Below are positions 53,506-63,619 of a stretch of 64,000 nucleotides of DNA, piece after piece. The DNA lies in the NCBI GenBank assembly GCA_026989015.1, contig JALSKD010000016.1:21710-85709 (forward strand), given 5' to 3'. Origin of the DNA: Gammaproteobacteria bacterium (GTDB lineage Bacteria; Pseudomonadota; Gammaproteobacteria; GCA-001735895). Position 1 is the stretch's first letter. The number at the start of each line of letters is the position of its first letter. The notes under the pieces were generated by a model that did no database searches, was not told where the DNA came from, and saw only the letters and a list, made by a program, of their open reading frames with translations. The position numbers and the translations under genes were made by a program.

Positions 53506-53778
53506 ATGAACAAATCAGAACTCATTGAAGCCGTGGCCAGTGCCGCAGACCTCAGCAAAGCCGATGCCGCTCGTGCCGTTGATGGCGTGATTGCCGCCGT
53601 TACCGAGGCACTTCAGGCCGGTGACCAGGTCACCATCGTTGGCTTTGGCACTTTTCTTGTTCGCCAGCGTGAGGCCCGTACCGGCCGCAACCCGCGCACC
53701 GGCGAAACCATCCAGATTGCTGCCTCCAAGGTACCCGCATTTAAGGCTGGCAAAGCCCTGAAGGACGCTGTAAACTAG
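53506..53778 (+). CDS. hupB: DNA-binding protein HU-beta
   Basis: [36 protein letters not shown]... Confidence 0.9.
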   Translation: MNKSELIEAVASAADLSKADAARAVDGVIAAVTEALQAGDQVTIVGFGTFLVRQREARTGRNPRTGETIQIAASKVPAFKAGKALKDAVN

Positions 53779-53796
53779 CGCGCCTTTGAAAGACCC

Positions 53797-53872
53797 GGGT
53801 GCTTAGCTCAGCTGGGAGAGCATCGCCCTTACAAGGCGAGGGTCGCAGGTTCGATCCCTGCAGCACCCACCA
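53797..53872 (+). tRNA. tRNA-Val (anticodon TAC)
   Basis: GGGTGCTTAGCTCAGCTGGGAGAGC...; anticodon loop CTTACAA; ends CACCCACCA. Confidence 0.85.
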
Positions 53873-53877
53873 AAACT

Positions 53878-53954
53878 GGAGTGGTAGTTCAGTTGGTTAG
53901 AATACCGGCCTGTCACGCCGGGGGTCGCGGGTTCGAGTCCCGTCCACTCCGCCA
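53878..53954 (+). tRNA. tRNA-Asp (anticodon GTC)
   Basis: GGAGTGGTAGTTCAGTTGGTTAGAATACCGGCCTGTCACGCCGG...; ends CTCCGCCA. Confidence 0.85.
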
Positions 53955-53962
53955 ACACCGTA

Positions 53963-53990
53963 AAGCGCTCCATTGGAGCGCTTTATTTTT
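53963..53990 (+). terminator. Intrinsic terminator after tRNA-Asp
   Basis: AAGCGCTCC-att-GGAGCGCTT followed by TATTTTTG. Confidence 0.6.
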
Positions 53991-54068
53991 GCCCGCAGCC
54001 GATCCATTGGACTTCGTTGCTGTCATAAAGCTGTTAGAATTCCGTCACCCAACACGATCAGACCCATC

Positions 54069-55976
54069 ATGCTACAGGCAATCAGAGACAAGACTTCAGG
54101 CTGGATCGCCTACCTCATCATCGGACTCATCAGCATTCCTTTCGCGCTGTGGGGCATCAATTCCTATCTCGGCGGTGGGGAGGAACAGCCGGCCGCGGTG
54201 GTCAACGGAAACGAGATCACCGCTCGCGACCTGGACCAGGCCTACGCCCGTTACCGCGAGCGCCTGATGCAGGTCTTTGGCGGCAAGCTGCCCGATATTT
54301 TCAGCGACGAAAACGCGGTCAAGGAACAGGTGCTGTCACAACTGATCGAGGAGCGCGTGCTGCTCGATTATGTGGAAGACCAGGGTTACCGCGTGGGCCC
54401 GGATGCCCTGTTCCGCGAGATCGCACAGATACCGGCTTTCCAGAAGGACGGCCGCTTCGACAAGGAACTGTATCAGGCCCAGTTGCGTTCCCAGGGCTAC
54501 AGTCCGGCTCTGTTCGAGCTGGAACTGCGTCGTCAAAAGGAGATGCAGCAGCCCGAAACGGGCATCCGCAATACCGCTCTGGTGCCTCAGCTGCTGCTGG
54601 ATCAGGCGCTGGCGCTGAAGCACGAGCAACGCAAGCTGCGCCTGCTTACGCTGCCGGCGCGGCCCGATGCCGTCACCGTAAGCGATCAGGAAATCAAGGA
54701 CTTCTACGAACAACAGAAAGGCCGCTTCATGGAACCCGCGCGAGTCCGGCTCGACTACATCGAGCTGAGTCTGGATGCCCTGAAAAAGGGTATCGAGGTG
54801 GATGAAGACCTGTTGCGTCAACGCTATGACGAACAGCGTGACCAGCTGACCACCCCGGAAACCCGGGAAGCCCGCCATATCCTGATCACTGTGCCCGAGG
54901 ATGCAGACGATGCGGCTGTCGAGGCCGCCCGTCAGAAGTTGCTGGAGATTCGCCAGCGCATCGAAGCCGGGGAAGATTTTTCCGACCTGGCACGGGAATT
55001 CTCTCAGGATCCGGGATCCGCGAGTGACGGCGGTTCCCTCGGTGAAATCGAGCGGGGCATGATGGTCAAACCCTTCGAGGATGCCCTGTTCGCACTGCAA
55101 CCCGGTCAGATCAGTGATCCCGTCCGCACCCAGTTCGGGTGGCATCTGATCCGTCTGGACGGCATCAAACCTGGAGGCACGCGCAGTCTTGACGAAGTGC
55201 GTGATCGCCTGGCCGACGAGATCCGCACCGAACAGGCCGAGACACAGATCTACGACCTGGCCGAGACCCTGGCCAATATCGGTTACGAGGAGCCGGACTC
55301 CCTGCAGCCGGCGGCGGATCAGCTGGGTTTGCCGATTCAGACCACCGACTGGTTCACGCGCAGCAAGGGCGAAGGGCTGGCGGCCAATGAGCAGATCCGC
55401 CAGATCGCCTTCTCCGAAGATGTGCTCAATCAGAAAAGGAACAGTGACCTGATCGAATTGGGTGAGAACACGGCCGTCATGGTGCGGCTCAACGCTCACG
55501 AGCCGGAACGCCTCAAGCCGCTGGATCAGGTGCGTGAACAGATCGTTGCTCTGCTGAAGGCGAAGAAGGCCCGGGAACAGGCCCTGGAACAGGGGCAAGC
55601 GCTGCTGGAACGCATACGCTCTGGCGAACTGGACCTGCAGCGGGCGGCCACGGAGCAGGGTGTCGAGTTGAAGGATGTGGGCTTCATCAAGCGTGACAGC
55701 AAGCAACTTCCCGCCGAGTTGCGCGGTGCGGCCTTCTCCATGCCGAAGCCGGAAGGCAAGCCCCGTTATCAGGGTGTGGCGGGCGTCAAGGGTGACTACA
55801 GCATCCTGGAACTCAGTGAAGTCACCGTCGATCAGGCCGCGATCACCGATGCGGAGCGTCAAACCCTGGCCAAGGCTCTGCTCACCGCTACCGGCAATTA
55901 CGATTACCAGGCCTTCCTCAAGACCCTGGTCGAGCAGGCCGATATCCAGCGCACGCCGGTCAAGGAGCTGCAATAG
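54069..55976 (+). CDS. ppiD: Periplasmic chaperone / peptidyl-prolyl isomerase PpiD
   Basis: MLQAIRDKTSGWIAYLIIGLISIPFALWG... N-terminal anchor; parvulin domain. Confidence 0.85.
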   Translation: MLQAIRDKTSGWIAYLIIGLISIPFALWGINSYLGGGEEQPAAVVNGNEITARDLDQAYARYRERLMQVFGGKLPDIFSDENAVKEQVLSQLIEERVLLDYVEDQGYRVGPDALFREIAQIPAFQKDGRFDKELYQAQLRSQGYSPALFELELRRQKEMQQPETGIRNTALVPQLLLDQALALKHEQRKLRLLTLPARPDAVTVSDQEIKDFYEQQKGRFMEPARVRLDYIELSLDALKKGIEVDEDLLRQRYDEQRDQLTTPETREARHILITVPEDADDAAVEAARQKLLEIRQRIEAGEDFSDLAREFSQDPGSASDGGSLGEIERGMMVKPFEDALFALQPGQISDPVRTQFGWHLIRLDGIKPGGTRSLDEVRDRLADEIRTEQAETQIYDLAETLANIGYEEPDSLQPAADQLGLPIQTTDWFTRSKGEGLAANEQIRQIAFSEDVLNQKRNSDLIELGENTAVMVRLNAHEPERLKPLDQVREQIVALLKAKKAREQALEQGQALLERIRSGELDLQRAATEQGVELKDVGFIKRDSKQLPAELRGAAFSMPKPEGKPRYQGVAGVKGDYSILELSEVTVDQAAITDAERQTLAKALLTATGNYDYQAFLKTLVEQADIQRTPVKELQ

Positions 55977-56003
55977 CCGAGCCGGACCGGCTTGCTGCAA
56001 AAA

Positions 56004-56037
56004 GCCCCCGCCGGGTTGAACCCGACGGGGGCTTTTT
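56004..56037. terminator. Bidirectional intrinsic terminator between convergent ppiD and fabI
   Basis: AAAA-GCCCCCGCCGGG-ttgaa-CCCGACGGGGGC-TTTTT. Confidence 0.5.
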
Positions 56038-56065
56038 CATGCCCGGATGGACGCTCAGGCTTCAA

Positions 56066-56854
56066 TCAGTTGCCGAGCGCGCCCATGGCGATGATGTTGT
56101 AACCGGAATCGACATAGATGTTTTCGCCGGTGATGCCGGAAGCCAGGTCCGAACACAGGAAGGCGCCGGTGTTGCCGACATCGTCGATGCTGACATTGCG
56201 GCGCAGAGGTGCGTTCAGCTCCACTTCGTCAAGAATTTTCTTGAAGCTGCCGATGCCCGAAGCCGCCAGGGTCTTGATGGGGCCGGCCGAGATGGAATTG
56301 ACGCGGATGCCTTCGGGACCCAGGCTGCCGGCCAGATAGCGTACGCTGGCTTCGAGGGCGGCCTTGGCAACCCCCATGACATTGTAGTTCGGCAACACAC
56401 GCTCGGCCCCGAGGTAGGAGAGGGTCAGGATCGCGCCGTTGCTGCCCTGCATCATCGGGCGTGCGGCACGCGCCAGCGCATTGAGGCTGTAGGCGCTGAC
56501 ATCCATGGCGATGCGGAAGGTTTCGCGGTCGAGGTGTTCCAGATAATCCCCGTCGAGGGCTTCGCGCGGAGCGAAAGCGACCGAATGGACCAGCCCGTCG
56601 AGGCGGTCCCAGTGCTGTCCGAGCGCCGGCATCAGCGCGTCGATATCGTCATCCGAGGTGACATCACAGGGCAGCACGATGTCGGATCCGAATTCAGCGG
56701 CGAACTTTTCCACCCGCCCCTTGAGCTTGTCGTTGGGATAGCTGAATGCCAGTTCAGCGCCCTCGCGGTGCATGGCCTTGGCGATGCCGTAGGCAATGGA
56801 GCGGTTGCTGGCCACGCCGACAATGAGGATCTTCTTGCCTTCCAGGAAACCCAT
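56066..56854 (-). CDS. fabI: Enoyl-[acyl-carrier-protein] reductase (NADH)
   Basis: [28 protein letters not shown].... Confidence 0.9.
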   Translation of the reverse strand: MGFLEGKKILIVGVASNRSIAYGIAKAMHREGAELAFSYPNDKLKGRVEKFAAEFGSDIVLPCDVTSDDDIDALMPALGQHWDRLDGLVHSVAFAPREALDGDYLEHLDRETFRIAMDVSAYSLNALARAARPMMQGSNGAILTLSYLGAERVLPNYNVMGVAKAALEASVRYLAGSLGPEGIRVNSISAGPIKTLAASGIGSFKKILDEVELNAPLRRNVSIDDVGNTGAFLCSDLASGITGENIYVDSGYNIIAMGALGN

Positions 56855-56933
56855 GTTTATCTACTCTCGCTGGGAAAAGCCGCATTTTCGCAGCGTCCCG
56901 GGGTTCATGCAATCCGAATGTGGGGCCACAGGT

Positions 56934-57176
56934 TCAGGAATCGTCGCCGCCTTCCGCGGCCGTTTCCGGAGAGATGTCCAGGCGCTCTTCCGCCAGCGCT
57001 TCGACCATCCGCCGGTATTCGCGTTCATCGATGGCTCCCTGGTCCAGGGCTTTTTTGAGGTCCAGGATTTCCTGCCCTAGTGTCGTATTGATCTGAGTCG
57101 TCCTGCTGCTGCGCGAGGTGTCGATACAGGCGGTCAGCAGCAGTGTCGCGGCCAGAATGCTAAGCAAGGGTTTCAT
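56934..57176 (-). CDS. Small lipoprotein with SHOCT-like C-terminal motif
   Basis: Lipobox LLLTAC; ...GAIDEREYRRMVEAL.... The start overlaps the 3' end of the RND permease gene. Confidence 0.5.
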   Translation of the reverse strand: MKPLLSILAATLLLTACIDTSRSSRTTQINTTLGQEILDLKKALDQGAIDEREYRRMVEALAEERLDISPETAAEGGDDS

Positions 57177-60100
57177 GGTTGGAAGCCTCCGCGTTGAGCT
57201 GGGTTTTGGCTGCGCGCAGATCCTTCAGCGCCAGCATGCAGGGTGTGACGATTAGGGTCAGCAGTGTGGCGAAAGCCAGCCCGCCGGCCACTGCGGTGGC
57301 CAATTGCGACCACCATTGGGTGGAGGGGCCGCCGAATTCGATGGTGCGGCCGAACAGATCGATATTCACTTCCAGCACCATCGGCAGCAGGCCGAGAATG
57401 GTGGTGACCGTGGTCAGCAGTACCGGCCGCAGGCGCTGCGCGCCAGTGCGCAGGATGGCTTCGAAGACCTCGGTGCCGCGCTGGCGCAACACATTGTAGG
57501 TATCGATCAGCACGATGTTGTTGTTGACGATGATGCCGGCCAGCGAGATCACGCCGATACCCGACATCACGATGCCGAAGGGTTTCTGGAACAGCAGCAG
57601 GCCGAGGAACACGCCCACGGTGGAAAACAGGACCGCGCTGAGGATCAGGAAGGCCTGGTAGAAACTGTTGAACTGGGTGACCAGAATGATCGCCATTACG
57701 AACAGGGCAATGACAAAGGCCTTTTCGAGAAAGGCCTCGGAATCGGCCTGTTCCCGGTTTTCGCCCTTGATCTCGATCTGTACGCGCGGGTCCAGGTCAA
57801 GATCGGGCAGTTGTGCGCGCAACTTCGGCAGTTCCAGACTGAGCAGGTGCCCCTCGGCCATGTTGGCCTGCACCCGCAGTACCCGCCGGGCGTTGACGCG
57901 CTTGATCTCGTCCACCTTTGGCTGCGGTTCGATGTCTACGAACTGGGTGATCGGCACCTGCCCGTGGGGCGTCTTCAGGCGCAGACGGTCGAGCCGGTCG
58001 AGGTGGCGTTCGGACCTGGGAAAACGAATGCGTATGTCCAGTTCCTCGTCCACATCGTCGGGGCGGAAACCGCCGACGCGCAGGCCGTGGGTCAGCAGTT
58101 GCACTGCGCTGCCGACCAGGGCGGCATCGGCACCGTAGCGGGCCGCCTGGCTGCGGTCCACCACCAGGCGCCATTCGATACCGGGCTTGGGCCGGCTGTC
58201 CTCGATATCGGTGAAGGCGGGGTTGCGTTCCAGCGCCTGGCGGATGCGCCCTGCGGCATCATTCAGAAGCTCCGGCTGCCGGGCACTGATCTCGATCTGC
58301 AGATCCTTGCCGCCGCCGATGCCGGATTCGTCCTTGCCCACCTCGATCTCGATGCCGGCCAATCCGGACAGACGCTGTTTCATGTCCTCGATGATGGCGC
58401 TGGCCTTGCGTCGCAGCTGCCAGTCGATCAGGTTGTAACGCAGATAGCCGATGCGTTCGCGGCCACCGGTATGGCTGTACAGGGTCTCGATCTCGGGCAT
58501 GCCGATCAGCCGTTGTTCCACTTCACGCATCAGTGCATCCTTTTCATGGATTGACAGGTCGCCATAACCGCGCACGGTGATGTTGCCGCCCGGTGGTTCC
58601 ACATCCGGGAAGAACTGCACGCCCAGCCCGGAAGCACCGTAGGCGCTGAATACGACGATGCCGAACAGCACTGCGGACAGGGTCACCTTGCCCGGATGAC
58701 GCAGTGCGCCGCGCAGCATCCGCACATAAAAACCGGTAAACCCGTCCACGGCTTCGATATCCCCTTCGTCCATCTGCAGCAGGCGCCGGCGGCTGCGTTC
58801 CGACATCTGCCGCGGCTTGCCGAATACGCCGCCGAGGGTGGGCACGAACAGCAAGGCCATGAACAGCGAGGCGCTGAGGGTGGCGATCAGCGTGATCGGC
58901 AGGAATTTCATGAATTCGCCCATGATGCCGGGCCAGAAGATCAGGGGTGCGAAGGCGGCAAGCGTGGTGGCGGTGGAGGCGGTGATCGGCCAGGCCATGC
59001 GCCGGGCCGCTTCGGCATAGGCGCGTTTCGGCGGCACGCCTTCGTTCATCACCCGGTCGGCGTATTCGGTGACCACGATGGAACCGTCCACCAGCATGCC
59101 GACGGCCATGATCAACGCGAACAGGACCACGATGTTGACGGTGTAGCCCATCAGATAGAGGATCAGCAGGCCGCTGAGGAAGGAGCCGGGGATCGAGAGG
59201 CCGACCAGGGCCGCGGTGCGCAGACCGAGGATGGCAATGATCACGATCACCACCAGCAGGATCGCTGAGAGCACATTGTTTTGCAGATCGTTGAGCATGT
59301 CTTCCACTTCCTCGGATCGATCCGAGGTGTAGGTGACACGCAGGTGTTCCGGCGCCTGCTTGCGTGCCTCCTCGACGATGGCGCGTACCTTCCGTACCGT
59401 GCTGATGATGTTCTCGCCGGGGCGTTTCTTGACCTCCAGTGTGATGTTGCCGGCACCGTCGAGCCGGGAGAAGCTGTTGGGGTCCTTGAAGCTGCGGTGC
59501 AGCTCGGCGACATCGCGGATGCGCAGGATGCGTTGTCCGACCGTCTTCACCGGCAGGTCGAGGATGTCGTCGAGGTCTTCGAACACCGCCGGCACCTTGA
59601 TCGCGAAACGCCCGCGTCCGGTGTCCAGCGTGCCGGCCGCCACCAGCCGGTTGTTGCGGCTGACGAAACGGTAGATGTCGCCATAGTCCAGCCCGTAGGC
59701 CTGCAAGGCCAGGGGATCGATGATCACCTCCAGCTGATCGCTGCGCTCGCCGGCGATGTCCACCTTGAGCACCTCGCGCAGACCCTCCAGCCGGTCCCGC
59801 AGCTGGCGTGCCAGCTGGATCAGTGCGCGTTCGGGCAAGGCTCCGGAAAGGCTGACCAGCAGCACCGGGTTCTGTTCGGCCAGGGTCACCGGGTGGATCG
59901 ACGGCTCTTCGGTTTCGTCGGGCAGTTCGCCGCGGGCCAGGTTGACCTTGTCACGCACCTCGTCCAGCGCCTTGTCGGAATTGAAGCCGGCGACGAACTC
60001 CAGCGTTACCGAAGCATGGCCTTCCTCGGCGCGGGAGGTCATCTCCTTGAGGCCGTCGAGGGTCTTCAACTGATTTTCCATCGGCCGCAACAGCAGCCGT

Positions 60101-60282
60101 TCGGCATCCTGGGGCGAGATGCCGTCATGGCTCATGGATACATAGATGTAGGGGATGTCGATGTCCGGCTCGGATTCCTTGGGGATGTCGACATAGGCGC
60201 TCATGCCGGCCACGATCAGCAGCACGAACAGCAGCATCATGCTGCGCGCGTGGGACAGTGCCCCGTCGATGATGCCATGCAT
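57160..60282 (-). CDS. RND-family efflux transporter permease (AcrB/AcrD/MexB-like)
   Basis: 1040-aa 12-TM protein with typical RND N-terminus. Confidence 0.9.
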   Translation of the reverse strand: MHGIIDGALSHARSMMLLFVLLIVAGMSAYVDIPKESEPDIDIPYIYVSMSHDGISPQDAERLLLRPMENQLKTLDGLKEMTSRAEEGHASVTLEFVAGFNSDKALDEVRDKVNLARGELPDETEEPSIHPVTLAEQNPVLLVSLSGALPERALIQLARQLRDRLEGLREVLKVDIAGERSDQLEVIIDPLALQAYGLDYGDIYRFVSRNNRLVAAGTLDTGRGRFAIKVPAVFEDLDDILDLPVKTVGQRILRIRDVAELHRSFKDPNSFSRLDGAGNITLEVKKRPGENIISTVRKVRAIVEEARKQAPEHLRVTYTSDRSEEVEDMLNDLQNNVLSAILLVVIVIIAILGLRTAALVGLSIPGSFLSGLLILYLMGYTVNIVVLFALIMAVGMLVDGSIVVTEYADRVMNEGVPPKRAYAEAARRMAWPITASTATTLAAFAPLIFWPGIMGEFMKFLPITLIATLSASLFMALLFVPTLGGVFGKPRQMSERSRRRLLQMDEGDIEAVDGFTGFYVRMLRGALRHPGKVTLSAVLFGIVVFSAYGASGLGVQFFPDVEPPGGNITVRGYGDLSIHEKDALMREVEQRLIGMPEIETLYSHTGGRERIGYLRYNLIDWQLRRKASAIIEDMKQRLSGLAGIEIEVGKDESGIGGGKDLQIEISARQPELLNDAAGRIRQALERNPAFTDIEDSRPKPGIEWRLVVDRSQAARYGADAALVGSAVQLLTHGLRVGGFRPDDVDEELDIRIRFPRSERHLDRLDRLRLKTPHGQVPITQFVDIEPQPKVDEIKRVNARRVLRVQANMAEGHLLSLELPKLRAQLPDLDLDPRVQIEIKGENREQADSEAFLEKAFVIALFVMAIILVTQFNSFYQAFLILSAVLFSTVGVFLGLLLFQKPFGIVMSGIGVISLAGIIVNNNIVLIDTYNVLRQRGTEVFEAILRTGAQRLRPVLLTTVTTILGLLPMVLEVNIDLFGRTIEFGGPSTQWWSQLATAVAGGLAFATLLTLIVTPCMLALKDLRAAKTQLNAEASNHETLA

Positions 60283-61400
60283 CAGTCCGCTACCCGCTGA
60301 GTGTCGTTGCCGGTGGCGGCTTCCTCCACCGCCTCGACGCGGTCACCGGCGCGGACGAAAGCCTGGCCGACGGTGATCAGTCGGCTGCCGGCTTCGAGAC
60401 CGGTGATCCAGATGCCGTCGTCGTCACTGCGGATGATGTCGATGGGGCTGAAGCGGACGATGCCGTCGCGCACCCATTTGACGCCCAGCTCACCCTGGTC
60501 GGAGAGGGCGAACTGGGCCGGGCTGATGAGCAGGGCCGGCACCGCGTCGAGTTCGATGTCGATGCGCGCGGCGAGCCCGGCGCGCAGGCGTGCGCCGGGG
60601 TTGTCGAAGGCGGCCTCGATACGGAAGGTGCCGGTTTCCGGGTCGGCGGCGGGGGCGATGTAGCGGATGCGGGCCGACATCTCTTCCGTCTGGTCGAACA
60701 GGCGCACCCGGGCCGGCATGCCGGTGTGCAGTTGCGCCAGATCGCCCGGACTGGCGTCGCCGCGGGCGATCAGCGGCTGCAGGTCATGGAGCCGGGCCAG
60801 GGTCTGCCCGGGCGTTACCCAGTCGCCGGTTTCCACCGTCCGCTCGCCGACGATGCCGTCGAAGGGTGCGGTGATCCGGCTGTCGGCGATCTCGCGCTCG
60901 AGACGGCTGACCTCGGCGCGTGCCTGCTTGAGTCCGGCCAGCGCCTGCGCCAGTTGGGCCTTGCCCTGGTAGCCCTGGGTATTGAGCTGTTTCGAGCTTT
61001 TGTATTCCAGTTGGCGCTGCGCGAGCAGGGCGCGGGCGGCCTCCAGTTCCTGTGCACGGTTTTCGGGATCGATGCGCATCATCAGTTGGCCCGTGCGCAC
61101 GCGGTCGCCGCGTTCGACTTCGATGGCCAGCACGCGTCCGCCGATGCCGCTGCGGATGTCGCTCTGCCGGTCTGCCTCGCTGCGCCCGAACAGGGTGACG
61201 CGGCGGGACACCGGTTGCAGGCGTACCGTACGCACCCGGACACGGGGCAGGGGCGGTTGCTGCCGGCTGGATTGCTGGGCGTCGAGCTGCTCCGGTGCCT
61301 GTTGGCTGCCGCTCTGGATGCGCCCGGAACCCAGCCACAGGCCAAGGGCAATGACCAGCAGCAGCGAGAAGATCCAGGGGTAACGGGTCAGCCGACTCAT
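60282..61400 (-). CDS. RND efflux periplasmic adaptor (membrane fusion protein, HlyD-like)
   Basis: N-terminal anchor, coiled-coil, beta-barrel lipoyl-like segments. ATGA overlaps with the permease gene and with the pspC stop. Confidence 0.8.
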   Translation of the reverse strand: MSRLTRYPWIFSLLLVIALGLWLGSGRIQSGSQQAPEQLDAQQSSRQQPPLPRVRVRTVRLQPVSRRVTLFGRSEADRQSDIRSGIGGRVLAIEVERGDRVRTGQLMMRIDPENRAQELEAARALLAQRQLEYKSSKQLNTQGYQGKAQLAQALAGLKQARAEVSRLEREIADSRITAPFDGIVGERTVETGDWVTPGQTLARLHDLQPLIARGDASPGDLAQLHTGMPARVRLFDQTEEMSARIRYIAPAADPETGTFRIEAAFDNPGARLRAGLAARIDIELDAVPALLISPAQFALSDQGELGVKWVRDGIVRFSPIDIIRSDDDGIWITGLEAGSRLITVGQAFVRAGDRVEAVEEAATGNDTQRVAD

Positions 61401-61804
61401 CGGCCGCCGCGCTCGAGGTCGGAAAACTGACGGTCCAGATCGAAGCGGCTGGAGGTGACATAGCGTTCCAGTTGCCCCAGCCGCTTGTCGAGCTGACGGA
61501 AGCGGCGTCGCGTTTCGGCAAGGGTGTCCCGGGGCGAGCTGCGGTAGCGGCGCCAGAAGGCTTCGTCGCGCGCGTCACGGTAGAGCTTTTCAGGGCGTAC
61601 CGGCAGCAGGAAGGCGGCGAGCAGGTAGAGGATGGGCACCGTAGGCGAGAACAGCAATGCACCCAGTCCGCAGGCCAGCCGGACCCAGCCTGTCTGGATG
61701 GAGTAATAGTCGGCGATCCCGGCACAGACTCCGGCAATCCAGCCGTGGCGTTTGTCGCGGTAGAGGCGGTCCGGAGACGGGTTGTCGTTGCGGCGGCAGG
61801 TCAT
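61397..61804 (-). CDS. pspC: Phage shock protein C (PspC-domain)
   Basis: ...LYRDKRHGWIAGVCAGIADYYSIQTGWVRL... PspC domain. ATG at 61804 overlaps the pspB stop (ATGA). Confidence 0.7.
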   Translation of the reverse strand: MTCRRNDNPSPDRLYRDKRHGWIAGVCAGIADYYSIQTGWVRLACGLGALLFSPTVPILYLLAAFLLPVRPEKLYRDARDEAFWRRYRSSPRDTLAETRRRFRQLDKRLGQLERYVTSSRFDLDRQFSDLERGGR

Positions 61805-62028
61805 GAGCGTTTTCTCCAGTCGGGTACTTCGGCATCGAGGATGGTTTCCAGGGCATCGATGCGTTGCGCGAGGCGGTCGGCTTCGCCCCATAATTCGGAC
61901 AGGGTTTCCTCGTCGGCCTTGGACAGGGATCGGCTGGCGCGGAAGCGGAAGCTGTAGTGCAGGATCAGCCACAGCGGCGCGATCACCAGCATGAACAGGA
62001 TCGGAATCACGATCAGGTCTTCGCTCAT
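61801..62028 (-). CDS. pspB: Phage shock protein B
   Basis: MSEDLIVIPILFMLVIAPLWLILHYS...ALETILDAEVPDWRKR; matches the E. coli PspB architecture. Confidence 0.7.
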   Translation of the reverse strand: MSEDLIVIPILFMLVIAPLWLILHYSFRFRASRSLSKADEETLSELWGEADRLAQRIDALETILDAEVPDWRKRS

Positions 62029-62029
62029 G

Positions 62030-62275
62030 TCATTTCTCCCCGCTGTCTTCGGCACCGGCCTCGATGTCTTCGAAGGCGTGGTTCAGTTCCTGTCGCGGGT
62101 CGGTAACGATCTGTTCGAGCACCTGCAGGCGCTGTTCGATCTTCTCCAGACGCGCTTCGGTATCCGAGCCGATGCTGGATTTGCGCTCGCGTTCGCGCAG
62201 TTTCAGCCAGCGCTGTGCGATACCGCCGAAGGTGGTCACGACGACGATGATAACGACCATGGTGTAGACATTCAT
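62030..62275 (-). CDS. Second PspB-like small membrane protein (N-terminal TM + coiled coil)
   Basis: MVVIIVVVTTFGGIAQRWLKLRERERK...LEKIEQRLQVLEQIVTD; 2 nt upstream of pspB. Confidence 0.45.
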   Translation of the reverse strand: MNVYTMVVIIVVVTTFGGIAQRWLKLRERERKSSIGSDTEARLEKIEQRLQVLEQIVTDPRQELNHAFEDIEAGAEDSGEK

Positions 62276-62374
62276 TGCGGTACGACCCCGGATTTATTAG
62301 TGGTTTATCGAAACTCATTCTGTCAGTGCTTATACGGCAAGCCCGTGGCGGGTACAAGGGCTGGCCCCGTTCTG

Positions 62375-63058
62375 TCAGTCGTCTTTTTGAGCGTCCGGCT
62401 TACCGCCGAGCCGTGCCTTCAGGGATTCCAGCTCGCTTTCCACGGCGTCCTCGGTTTCCAGTTCGGCAAACTCGTCTTCCAGAGACTTGCTTCGGCCCAG
62501 GTCATAGGCATCGACGCGGCCTTCCATCTGGTCCAGCTTTTCCTCCATGCCCTCGAAGCGGCCCAGGGCGTCGGCGATGCGCTCGTCATGCAGTTTCTCG
62601 CGGGTGCGCAGGCGTCCGGACAAAGCGTCCTGTTTGAGCTTCATCGCTTTCTGGCGTGATTTGGCTTCGTCCAGCTTGTGTTGCAACTGGGCGATGTCCT
62701 CGTTCAGCTTGCCCAGGTGCTCGTCCAGATCCTTGAGGTCGAGCTGCAGCTGCTCATGTTGGCGTTGCAGTCGCTGTTTTTCACCCAGCGCGGCACGCGC
62801 CAGATCCTCACGGTCACAGGTCAGGGCGAGTTCCGCCTTGCGTTGCCATTCGTCGATTTCACGCTCCAGCCGCTGCAGATGGCGGCGCAGCTTCTTGCGT
62901 TCGGCAATGCCGCGGGCGGCATCGGAACGCACTTCGATGAGCGTATCCTCCATTTCCTGGATGACCAGGCGAATGATCTTTTGCGGATCCTCCGCCTTGT
63001 CGAGCAAGGCAGTGATGTTGGAATTGATGATGTCATTGAGTCGGCTGAAGATGCTCAT
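62375..63058 (-). CDS. pspA: Phage shock protein A
   Basis: MSIFSRLNDIINSNITALLDKAEDPQKIIRLVIQEMEDTLIEVRS...; AAGGAGA RBS. Confidence 0.85.
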   Translation of the reverse strand: MSIFSRLNDIINSNITALLDKAEDPQKIIRLVIQEMEDTLIEVRSDAARGIAERKKLRRHLQRLEREIDEWQRKAELALTCDREDLARAALGEKQRLQRQHEQLQLDLKDLDEHLGKLNEDIAQLQHKLDEAKSRQKAMKLKQDALSGRLRTREKLHDERIADALGRFEGMEEKLDQMEGRVDAYDLGRSKSLEDEFAELETEDAVESELESLKARLGGKPDAQKDD

Positions 63059-63086
63059 TTTCATGTCTCCTTGTTGCAGGTTGAGT

Positions 63087-63437
63087 TCAGATCAGTGTTG
63101 CATGCCGCGGTCCGGGAACAGGGACTGCTCTGGCCGGAACGGTGATGCGCTGCGCCCGGTGTACGCCACCCAGCGATTGCGGCCGGGGCAGGGCGACCGG
63201 GGGACGGCCTTCTTCCTCGGCCAGGCGGTGGCGGGCTTCGGGTACAGGCAGCCGGCGGAATTCGGCGGTCATGTCCCGTTGGAGCCGGTCTGCCAGCCGC
63301 TGCTGCAGTTGCTTGCGGACCTGCGGCTGATAATCGGGCAGTGAGCCGGCAGGACCGGCTTCGGCAGCCTGCGCCGGCAGGGTGGCCAGCAGCAGACCGA
63401 TCAGCAGAACGGGGCGGATCAATGCGTTCGTGTTCAT
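63087..63437 (-). CDS. Secreted hypothetical protein, apparent first gene of the psp operon
   Basis: Signal peptide MNTNALIRPVLLIGLLLATLPAQA. It lies between the candidate sigma54 promoter and pspA. No homology support. Confidence 0.35.
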   Translation of the reverse strand: MNTNALIRPVLLIGLLLATLPAQAAEAGPAGSLPDYQPQVRKQLQQRLADRLQRDMTAEFRRLPVPEARHRLAEEEGRPPVALPRPQSLGGVHRAQRITVPARAVPVPGPRHATLI

Positions 63438-63476
63438 GGTGTTTTCCTGTTGTGTGGTGTTGGCTTGCCCATCCTT

Positions 63477-63494
63477 CTACAGGAAGCGTGCCAA
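63477..63494 (-). promoter_or_regulatory. Candidate sigma54 (-24/-12) promoter of the psp operon
   Basis: On the minus strand the motif reads TTGGCACGCTTCCTGTAG. Compare E. coli pspA TGGCACGCAAATTGTAT. It is divergent from pspF, and an AT-rich (IHF/UAS-like) region follows. Confidence 0.4.
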
Positions 63495-63554
63495 AAGCCG
63501 GAAATTTCGTTTATGTCATTGATAATAAAAAGGAAATATAGAATAGCGTCCTGC

Positions 63555-63582
63555 TCGACACGGAGGAAAAAATGGCTATAAT
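63555..63582 (+). promoter_or_regulatory. Candidate sigma70 promoter of pspF
   Basis: TCGACA - 16 nt - TATAAT, 38 nt upstream of the pspF ATG. Confidence 0.4.
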
Positions 63583-63619
63583 GGATAATTAAAGGACAAT
63601 TAAGCAAATAAATAGCCAA

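Noticed and set aside
62276-62374. Hairpin GGCAAGCCC-N13-GGGCTGGCC and a TTCTGTCAGT direct repeat between pspA and the pspB-like gene
   Set aside because: No U-tract on the transcribed strand. Possibly an RNA processing/attenuation site, but support is weak.
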